Shown piece after piece: positions 1 to 9,707 of a stretch of 36,778 nt of DNA; positions within the stretch are counted from its first letter, which is position 1; every line of letters starts with the position of its first letter. The translations under genes and the position numbers were made by a program. The notes beneath the pieces were generated by a model. The model had not been told where the DNA came from and did no database searches. It saw only the letters and a list, made by a program, of their open reading frames with translations. The stretch comes from Jimgerdemannia flammicorona (lineage: Eukaryota): NCBI GenBank assembly GCA_003990765.1, contig RBNJ01000201.1, positions 1-36,778 on the forward strand, read 5' to 3'.

Positions 1-230
1 TTCGAATTGAGTGATTCGGATTGAGTGATTCGGATTGAGTGATTCGGATTGAGTGATTCGGATTGAGTGGTTCGGATTGGAGTGGTTCGGATGGATGATT
101 CGGATGGGTGATTCGGATGGGGCGATTTGGATGAGGCGATTCAGATTGAGTGATTCGGATTGAGTGATTCGGATTGGGGTGGTTCGGATGGGTGATTCGG
201 ATGGGGCGATTCGGATGGGGTGATTCGGAT
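1..230 (+). repeat. Tandem minisatellite, unit ~GATTCGGATTGAGT (13-15 bp variants)
   Basis: Directly visible tandem array. Confidence 0.95.
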
Positions 231-335
231 TAAATCCGAGTTGATCTGGATGGCTTCGGATTTGAGATTCGAATCAAACCGTCATGTGACGAATCAAATC
301 CGGATTTGATTCGAATTGACTCGTTCGGAGCACTA
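1..335. mobile_element. Right end of a probable hAT-like non-autonomous DNA transposon, with subterminal tandem repeats
   Basis: Tandem ~14-bp units GATTCGGATTGAGT/GATTCGGATGGGT over 1-230, GATTCG/CGAATC motifs to ~325, then an end reading TAGTGCTCCGAAC on the minus strand. It appears to truncate the 5' part of the neighbouring ORF, whose upstream sequence is preserved in the second copy at 2957-3120. The left end lies outside the window. Confidence 0.5.
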
Positions 336-925
336 TGAATACTATCCATAGCCTGGCACCCCTCTACTTCATGGAAGCCCGATGGAACGCCCTGAACATG
401 CTTAGCGAGGCCCACCGAATCAGACAAATCTCAAGCTACTACCAGATCGGCCGCCTCCTAGAAGACATGGTCGAACACTACCACGATACAGACATTACCC
501 AGATGTCTCAACACCAGAAGCTCATCGCCCGCAAACATCGAGAACTCTTCTACAAGTATAACACCTTTATCCCCCACCTCCGAGTTACTACTAGCGAAAT
601 GATTACTACCCTGTTCTACGGCCAAATTGATGATATGATACAAGAACTCAACCACAAGTACCTCGAGTATGTCGAAACCACAGACAGAACCTTCCCACAC
701 CCTGATGACCATATCCTACAAATGCCTCAAGTTGGATATGCCATGAAGGACGTCTACGATATAATCCACTTCGATGAAGATGAAGCAGAAGATAATGATC
801 CCTCTGACGCCGACATGACCTCTAGCCAAGGATCTCTGCCAACCCTGATCACTCTGCCAACCTTGCCAATGAACTTACAACAATTCATAACTGCATACAA
901 GACTTATTGGGACAATGACCACTAG
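335..925 (+). CDS. Repeat-borne ORF of unknown function (196 aa; 5'-truncated); degenerate continuation to ~1355
   Basis: Open frame with an acidic tail. An inverted, stop-riddled second copy at 2631-3095 shows it belongs to a multicopy element. No recognisable domain. Confidence 0.45.
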   Translation: MNTIHSLAPLYFMEARWNALNMLSEAHRIRQISSYYQIGRLLEDMVEHYHDTDITQMSQHQKLIARKHRELFYKYNTFIPHLRVTTSEMITTLFYGQIDDMIQELNHKYLEYVETTDRTFPHPDDHILQMPQVGYAMKDVYDIIHFDEDEAEDNDPSDADMTSSQGSLPTLITLPTLPMNLQQFITAYKTYWDNDH

Positions 926-1600
926 TACAAATACCAACCCGCATTCACCCCCGATTACTTCAATTACAATGAAGAGACCGGAGAACACAACCTGTACCTT
1001 CAGACAACCCTCGAGATCGAACCAACCACTCCACCACCCGAGTACGAGTGACATGAATCACAGCCACCAGCATACTATAATCCCGCAACTCATAGTGCTG
1101 TAACCTATAGAAGGTACGCAGACAGCGAATCCGATGAAAGCGAAGACAGTACATCCATCCTTCGCCCACCAATACCTTATCCAGCCTACGAGACAGATGA
1201 TGCTATCCTGTGGGATGGAGATGAAGTCCCAATGTATTACTACCTTAGCCAACAAGGAGAAGTAATCCGCGAACCATTATTCCTAGACGACTACTTCATC
1301 AGAGATAATACAATCGATAGTGATATCATCGAGGACTATCCAGACAGTGCCTAAACCTATAAATAGTCTAGCAGTCATAGTATAGATAGATTAGCCTTGT
1401 ACAACATGACTGTGAACTGACTCAGCAGTCAGACGATCTCTTGACATGTCAGATCACACTTGTACTATATGACTGCATTCTGACTCAGCAAAGCACTTAG
1501 TGCTACATCCATATCTAGCCTAGTCCAGATAGCCCCTCACTAGTATAAATACCCCCTCCCCCAGACCTCAGAATCTCAGACTTGAAATCCAAATACAACT

Positions 1601-2630
1601 CCTGAGCCCTTCCCCATAATACCCCTTTACACAAATATTCCTAGTATAGCAATATCATGAATAGCAAATAAACCTATTCCATAACCCACAAACCACTCTT
1701 AAGTAAATCCGCTCCCTGTTAGGTCCTACTCCTAACCCTGTCACGAAATTTCCTAATTGGGTATTGTCTGTAGCGATACGCCAATTCAACTAAGCTGGTC
1801 TTAGTTTCTTGAACTTCCTGAAATACGGAAAATCCTGAACATCCAGAACTAGTCCGAAAAAGGACTTTGGTTGAGACGTCAACCCGATCTTGAAATCAAT
1901 AAGCGTAGAGGACGTACTCCATATGAAATTGATCTTGACCATAAGAAAACGGTCTTCCAGAACATCCAGAATATCCAGAAAACCCTTCCAGAACTATGTA
2001 ATGGCTACCCTAAAAAGTAACTCTCTTACAACTATAGTCTTATAATAAAGTCTTCTAATCAATCTGAAGCTATTATTACATTTAAATTTGAAATAATCTA
2101 GGACTATGAAATTTAACTCAATACTTTCATAATAACTACAGATTATCAAATATAAGTAAAATCAAACTGTAGTATTATTTTTATTTTATCCTTCTTGTAA
2201 GAGGGTTGCTTTTTAGGGTAACTATTACATAGTTCTGGAAAGGTTTTCTGAATATTCTGGATATTCTGGAAGACTGTTTTCTTATGGTCAAGATCAATTT
2301 CATATGGAGTACATCCTCTATGCTTATTGATTTCAAGATTGGGTTGACGTCTCAATCAAAGTCCTTTTCCAGACTAGTTCTGGATGTTCAGGATTTTCTG
2401 TATTTCAGGAAGTTCAAGAAACTAAGACCAGCTTAGTTGAATTGGCATATCGCTACAGACAATACCCAATTAGGAGATTTCGTGACAGGGTTAGGAGTAG
2501 GACCTAACAGGGAGTGGATTTACTTAAGAGTGGTTTGTGGGTTATGGAATAGATTTATTTGCTATTCATGATACATATTGCTATACTAGGAGTAGTTGTA
2601 TAAAGGGATATTTGTAGGGAAGTATTCAGG
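1601..2630. repeat. Long inverted repeat: arms ~1601-2031 and ~2195-2630, ~163-bp AT-rich spacer
   Basis: The arms are reverse complements over ~430 bp (e.g. GTCACGAAATTTCCTAATTGGGTATTGTCTGTAGCGATA vs TATCGCTACAGACAATACCCAATTAGGAGATTTCGTGAC). Mismatches are almost all transitions. Confidence 0.95.
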
Positions 2631-3095
2631 AATGTTCTTGTGTGTTCGAGTCTTATATCATATCATTGATTTGGCCATAGGACAGGGTAGCAACCATTTC
2701 GCTGGTAGTGACTTGGAGGTGGGGAATAAAGGTATTGTACTCATAGAAGAGTTCTCAATGTTTGCGGGCGATGAGCTTCTGGTGTTGAGACATCTGGGTA
2801 ATGTCTATATCATGGTGGTGTTCGACCATATCTTCCAGGAGGCAGCCAATCTAGTAGTAGCTTGAGATTTGTTCGATTCAGTGGGCCTCGCTAAGCATGT
2901 TCAGGGCGTTCCATCGGGCTTCCACGAAGTAGAGGGGTGCCAGGCTATGGATATTCATGAGGGGCAGAGGGGGTGTAGCTCAGTTAATAATGGCATTCCA
3001 AATGTCAGCACGGATGCGGTTGTAGATCTTAGTGATCATGTTTGTGTATTTGGAAGTTGTGGTTGTTGTTTGTTTTGGTTCTCTGATTCGACACA
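2631..3095 (-). pseudogene. Inverted, mutated and internally deleted copy of the 335-925 ORF
   Basis: 2631-2957 is the reverse complement of ~340-660. It carries CGA>TGA and CAG>TAG stops, extends N-terminally (MCRIREPKQ...) and has a TATA-like box near 3108-3115. Confidence 0.85.
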
Positions 3096-3289
3096 TCTTG
3101 GTGCTCGGTATATATGCATTTGGTCCTGATTGATAAGATTCTGTTTGTGTAAATCTTATATTCTATGACTTTGTATTGACTTAGCTTTGTACTCTGTGAC
3201 TTTAGTTTGACTCAGCTTCGTGATCAAGCAGGTGATTTCCAGATTTGTTCAGAGGTCATGTGTGATTTCAGTGGCTTGGAGGTTGTACG

Positions 3290-5040
3290 CTTACACTTCT
3301 ATATTATTATAAGTAATTTTCAAATACTTCTCATCTTTATTTAATTGCTTTATTTTGTTAAAGACCAGATTAAGACTATTATTTAGATCTTTTCTAATAA
3401 CTTTATTCTTATCTAGCATATAATTAATTTACTTATATATTATCTTATCTTGAATATTAAACAAATATATCTTATATATAAGTACTAAGATAATATATTT
3501 TACAAATTTGTTAATCTAAATAGAGTATATAAATATTTTGCACTTAATCATAACTATAATGAGTATTTGTTAGTAGTTATTGACTAATGAATTTCCTTTA
3601 TTATTTTATCAATTTGGTATTTTTATTATAATAATTTCTCTCTAGTTTAGCTTGGACTAAATGTTCTTTATATCTCTTTGATAAGTTCTTGACCTTTTTC
3701 TTTTATAAGCTTTAAATTGCAAGTCATTCTATAACTATTAATAGATATTATATAAATCAGTCTAAGAACTTATAATTTGAATATATAAGATTAGCTGATA
3801 TTATAACTTATAGAATACATTATATTTGAGAGTACATAATTTATTATCTTCTTTTAGATCAGCCAAAAGTTATAGTAGACAGACTTATAGCTCATTTTTA
3901 CTAGTAAAAAGATAATTAATTGAGTTATATAATTAATATTTTTGATTGAGCTAGATAATCTATATACTTTAATATAATTCAAAAGAAAGTTCTTTATAAT
4001 AGTAGTAATACTCTAGTTGATTACCATTTTAGTTTTTCACTTAGACATTTTTTTTTAATATTATTATAAAGTTATGAGAGAAGACTATTTTTTAGCAAAT
4101 GATCTTATATATTCTCAAAATGAGATTGACTGATTCTCAGCATACTCAAATAGATTTTTTGGCAAAGAGATATATTATGATCTCAACAGTATAATATTCT
4201 TTTATTAATGTAAACTTTCTTCTTAAAATAGTAATTAGTACTTATAGATTTACCATTTACATATAATCTTAAGTTGAGCTATCAAAAGATATCTTGTTCT
4301 GACTTGAAAAGAGCTTAAAAAACCTCACACATCTCAGCAAATCCTTCCTTAGAAACTTTGGAAGAACAACTATAACTACAGCTCACTTTTAAGAACTTTA
4401 TTACTTTTTCATATTTAGTCATCATAACTATATAATATATTTTATCTTCAGTTTGTCTGATTTTGTAAAATTTCTTTTACATAGTGTATTATATAGTATA
4501 TTAAAAATATATAAGATTACTCCTATATATATCTCATTACTCTTCTGATATTTTTCTCTTTTTTCTTGATTTTTGAAAAGTATTTGATGATGCTAATTTC
4601 TTATGTTTTTTTTCTAATTCTTGTTAGTCTCATTCAAAAGTATTATCTCCAAGACTAATATTTAATTTTTGATAAATCTCATAAGTAATTCTTTCCTTAT
4701 TTAAATGTTCTTGAATAGCTTTGGTATCAGTTATTTTAAAGACATAAGGGGCAATTTTCTCACCTTGCTCTTGTTTCAAAATACTTCTAATGGTACTATA
4801 ATTTTTCAGCTCTATAGTGAATTTGATGTAAACTAGTTTCATGTTTATATATTTATATAGGAATAGTCTTGTGTACATATATTATCCTTAACATTTTCAT
4901 CTCTCAATAAAGCCGCGCAGCTAACCTCTCCAACCTTTTTCTTCTCAAGTCTCTCCTCTACCATCTTTTCTGCCACTTTCTCTGCCATCCTTACTATTTT
5001 TCTAGAATCCTCCCATCCTAACCCCACTCTTTTTATCACG
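3290..5040. mobile_element. Highly AT-rich degenerate repeat/TE relic
   Basis: Extreme AT richness, no CpG seen by eye from ~3295 to ~4910, and stop-riddled Lys/Glu-rich minus-strand frames. Family not identifiable. Confidence 0.5.
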
Positions 5041-6203
5041 CATTCCTTTGCCTATTCCACATTCCCCTCTCCTTAATGTTCCAACCGTACCGCTTCCTCA
5101 GAAACCCAAGGGCAACGAGCCTGCGCTACCTATGCCTTTAGTTGCACCACTTAATTGTTATTTCCGAGCCTTTTAAGGTGTTGGCATTTCTGTGACTGAG
5201 AGCTAATCTTTCGCGGTACCAGAAAAGCTCACGCTCGTTCTTTATGCTTCTGCTCGTAGTGCTTGTACAAGTTTCTTCGATCTTGCAATAAGCGACTACA
5301 GGACAGAATATATGTTTATAAAAGCATGCGAATCCAGAGGATATCTTTGAAAACGCCTTTCTCACCTTAATTTTGAGGGTCAAGCGGCACATTGATAGCG
5401 CATCATGGGTGGATTCAATCGAATGAGGTAGATAAGCGCTCCCCATCTCGGCAATGGCAAATACATTACTACCAACGTGGAAGACAATGTTCACTATTAC
5501 TCGGAAGCCGACCACATGAACGGCAACCACACTCAATGCGGCGATCCCACTACGGAGCTGCTCAGAGAGATCGGCAGATCAGTAATCATTCTGGATCGTG
5601 CGAATAATGCGAATCAGTTGATCCCTTGCTGTCTTGACGACCTTCACGAGATCTGCGCAAGACTTATCCGATCCATTCATCGGAATTTCTGATAATCTAA
5701 GAGCGATGGCTTTCGGGCAATCTCTAATTGCGAATGAAAGTTTTGGAATCGAAGGCAATATGCATTATTATTTATCAATATTGCTCGATATTTTCCTTAC
5801 AAACTTTTTCATCAATTATTCTCCTGTTAATCCTTATTATTTGTGAGAGTTTGTTATATTTACAATTAAATGTGAGGAGAATGAGGTAGAATAAGAGCAA
5901 TTAGAAACACCCGAAAGGAAAATGAAGATGGAATGAATAATGAATTAGGTGGAAACAAGGGAAAAAAAAAAAGCTGAACCCGAACAGGAAAGGGAAGAAG
6001 AGCCAGAAACCGAACAGGAGCAGGAGCAGGAGCAGGAAACCGAAAATAAGACGAAACAGAGAAAGAAACAGACAAGGAATAAGAGTAGGAGAAAGAGAGT
6101 GAAGAAGAAAAAGAAAGTCAGAGTGAAGAAGAAAATGAGGGAGAAAATGAGAAGATGAAATCCCCTCTCCTGAACTCATAGAGACACCACTTTTCCTCCA
6201 TTC

Positions 6204-8820
6204 TTAATTGGCAACTGCTCGCTGTTTACTCTTTGGCGTAGGCGATAGTGGCGTCAAACTGGTCGGCTGCGTCCTTCGATTTTTTCTGGGCGACCAGAAT
6301 GAATCTGAGTCGTGCAGTATCTGTGTTGTGCTCTCTTCTTTGATTTTTTGAAGTATTTGGAGAACGTAACGGAACCGAGCCTATTATCAAAAAAAAAAAA
6401 GTTTAAGTCTTTAGTACCACAAACATGCAAAACTAAATCCTCTCTCAACTAACTTTTAAGGCAAGGAACCTCGCCAATGACTTAATAAGAAGATCATAAG
6501 AGTCAAATTTCTGGGGCAACTCGAATCGAAACAGCTCACCGAAGCGGTATACACCTGAGCAGGGCAAGTCCATAGCGTATACCCGTCCCTCGAGCCCTAA
6601 TAATATGGAACCAAAAAAAAAAAGTTGTTAAAATCCCGTGCCCACACGTAGCTTTGCATAAATATCAAACGTACCGGATGACAATATTCCAAAGACCTCC
6701 ACCTCCGTGATTCGTTGCTTTTGGTCCCCAGGAAGCCACTTGTAGATAAAATCGACTTGGTCTTTTAGAGCTTTTGCGAGTTTGTAATGATCTGATAGTA
6801 GCTTGGTTTGACCTTCCACGCTGTCCTGTCAGCCAGCTTCCATTGTCAATAGCTCCAACCGCCAAGTATCTCTTGTCAATATGGCAGCGTCCAGCTTCGT
6901 CGCTGCTAGCTTGGTCTCGCCATGTTGCCGCTGAGAGTTTTTCCGATAACTAACGGCCCGAGACGCCTTTTCACCTCTTTTAAAAAATTTTATAAGGGCT
7001 TTCGTTGATAATTTCATTCCCCTGTTAAGACAAAATGCATTTACCTTACGACCCGAACCTCCGGAATATCGAAAAAAAGTCGATCAACCAATTGTCCGTA
7101 AACGTGTACTTGCAAAAAGCCTTCTGTGGTGGAATCGTCTAGAAGTGGATTGACAGTTTGCTCGACCATTGAAACACTGTCCAAGGTAGAGAGTAGAGAT
7201 GTCAGTGCGTTTCAATCTTCAGATTAAATTTGCGAAAACAAATTCAAGGGAAACGTGCAAATTTCGAATCACTGTATGGATATATTCGAGATCGTAATGA
7301 ATTTTGACGTTGTAGGTATCCTCGGTGTATGACCTCGAACATCCGCTATGCTCGACTGAAAGAGATCGTTGACAGTTGGTTTAAACGTTTTAGCGCAGCA
7401 TCATGTGACTTTAATGCTACTTCTTACCATTCGCAGTGACGCCAAATACTCTTTAGCTTTCTTACTAGGAAGAAAATCCCGCCATTTTGCATCCCATTCT
7501 GTTTCGATTTCATCCCACAGATCTTCATCACCAAAATCGCTGCGAATTGGTGCATCAGCAATCCTAAGGATATGGCATTTCGCGAATCTGATCCAAAAAG
7601 CATGAGATCAGCAAACAAATTGAATAAGCCATAAACGCGGCAGGATGTAAAACTTACATGTCTTCTGTAGTCTCTCTGTAATCGGCAAACAACTCACTCA
7701 TATTTCTCCCGTCGGAGAGAATCCACTGAGCAACAGCCTTTCCATCGGCTTTGATATCTATTCTGTCAAGCTTTGGCGCGTGCGAAATGTTGATGCCGTT
7801 GATCACCGAAAGCTCTTCTAGGTCAACTAGAGAGTGTTCGGGAGTTACCTCAGAATTTCCTTCTTCTGACACGTTAATGCCAGGCTCGATCGATCCTTCT
7901 TGAGATATGTCAGTATAGAGACCGGTATCTGATGGCTCCAGATCTCCAGAGGAGGAAATATGATGCTTGAAGGGTTCGGAGATCCAGTTTACCCTCTTCT
8001 CGGGTGGCGGATTGTCATAGAGATTCAGTACATTTCTTTCTTCTTGATTCAGCGATGCAGACGTCAGACTTAGAGCGATCCCATCAGCCTTGCGTTTAAC
8101 CGATCTCTAAGTCAATAAAGAAAATTAACTCCACGCTAGCGGATAGCAAAACATCTTATAAATAAAGAACAGATAAACAACTCACGCGCTGTTCTGAGAG
8201 ATGATTTTCCTCCATAATTCGTCTCCAGAAACTTGCAGCTTGGTCATCACTCTCATCGGCTGTAGGAAGAGAGTCATTTGAGTAGTGGTATGTCAATGCA
8301 ACCCGACTCATGCATGACAGACTATACAACAAGGGAACGAAACCCTATTCCACTAGCAGCGGACGAAACGGTGCACGGGATGTGGCAAGCGTCATACATG
8401 AAGAAGTCAGACCACAAGGGAACGAAACCCTATTCCACTAGCAGCGGACGAAACGGTGCACGGGATGTGGTTTGCTTCATGTGACGGGCAGAAAGACATA
8501 TATTTCATTTAAATTTAAAGTGGCTCACCTCTTTCTAATATTTTCGCGGCACGGTCTCGTCGAATCGAGTCATGTTCCTCTGATATTCTTTTTACTACAG
8601 TAAGAAATCTTTTCTTCCAGATGCCGTTGGTGTTCCGATTAACATTATGGGGTGTATGAACAATTATAGGCCTAACCACAGCTTCAAGGAGCCTTCTTCT
8701 CAAAGTACGCGTTGATCATCGTAGCTACGTAATGTAATTAGGAAGGAAAACCAGAATCAGAGATGAACAGGGATCAATGATTAACAGAGCTGATAATTTA
8801 CCATAGTTTTCGTACGACAT
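6204..8820 (-). pseudogene. Multi-exon pseudogene of an expanded Mucoromycota/Glomeromycotina family with a predicted PD-(D/E)xK-like nuclease fold
   Basis: Spliced reconstruction: MSYENY...GIWKKRF...FWRRI...HYDLEYIHTVIRNF...EGFLQVHVYGQLVDRLF...RGEKASRAVSYRKN...KLDAAI...ELLTMEAG*QDSVEGQTKLLSDHYKLAKALKD...VFGILSSGLEGRVYAMDLPCSGVYRFGELFRFELP...RAVAN*. In-frame TGA at 6829-6831 and apparent frameshifts near 8690 and 7335. Confidence 0.7.
8329..8470 (+). repeat. Perfect 57-bp direct repeat (8329-8385, 8414-8470) inside an intron of the pseudogene
   Basis: ACAAGGGAACGAAACCCTATTCCACTAGCAGCGGACGAAACGGTGCACGGGATGTGG occurs twice. Confidence 0.95.
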
Positions 8821-9707
8821 CTATCAATCGAAACAGGTTAGTTAGTAATTCCACATGGAAGAAAAAAGAGGAATGGAAACACTAAAACGTATTCAGTATC
8901 CTCGAAGCCTGCCTTTTCGTCCGAAATTTCTTTGGAAGCCGTCAGTGACGCGTTACAGCAGCTTAGCGTTTGTTTTAGATGGTGTGGTGACGTCACGTGT
9001 TCACTTTGGTCTTGTTATATACATATAAATTTTCCTGACTCGGGCTATATCATCATGTAAAGTGTCGGTTACAGGCGCCGCGCACTATACGCGTCACGTC
9101 AAGGTTGTGGAAAAGAAAAAAAAGTTACACGAGCAGAATGGACTATAAGAGATCACTCTGACTTTGATATTTTTATTGATGATAATCCTAGTACAGTTCA
9201 GGAACTTGCTGATTTATTTCCTGACAAGACATTTATCGTTCCTGGTTATGCAATGAATAGAAAAATTACAAAGTCAAAACATTCGTCGTTTTTCCGTTCA
9301 ACCAATTGATTTAAAAAACTGACTTTGACAAAGCTGCTCAGGAATATAAAACAAAACAAGAGGCTAAATTAGAAAATGAAAGACAAACATGAAATCAGAG
9401 ATTGGTGGATTATATTTTTGGCAATTATTTTATATGGTGGATATTGACTAATTAAAAGGTTACGGGCAAAGCGAGAGTGAAAATAAAAAGCTTTAAGCCT
9501 GATACATACTCGAATGACGTCACATGTTCACTTTGTCTGGTTTTGTTGCAGCACGCCCCATATAATTTTAATTTGACCGTGGGTGACGTCATCCGCAGAA
9601 CAAGTGAAATGTGTTTATTACAATTTTATCTTGACCGCACATACTATTATATTTTTTATCTTCCATACATTCGCTCATATAAGGTATACGAATGTCACTT
9701 GTTCCAA

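Noticed and set aside
1..230. Tandem repeat as a CRISPR array or telomere
   Set aside because: No unique spacers, eukaryotic context, and the unit is not TTAGGG-like. It fits a transposon subterminal array better.
1738..1790. LTR end plus primer-binding site (CTGTCACG...TTGGG)
   Set aside because: No second LTR, no clear tRNA complement and no gag/pol motifs, so an LTR classification is unsupported.
5083..5850. Possible gene remnant (several short + strand ORFs)
   Set aside because: Multiple stops and no recognisable motif; no product can be supported.
5866..6179. Lys/Glu-rich and hydrophobic antisense ORFs
   Set aside because: By-products of a purine-rich low-complexity tract.
6829..6831. 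In-frame TGA as selenocysteine or readthrough
   Set aside because: Not in a redox motif, the gene has other frameshifts, and CGA>TGA decay is common in this region.
7563..7573. ATATCCTT as a second U12 donor
   Set aside because: It lies within a coding exon of the pseudogene, with no matching branch site.
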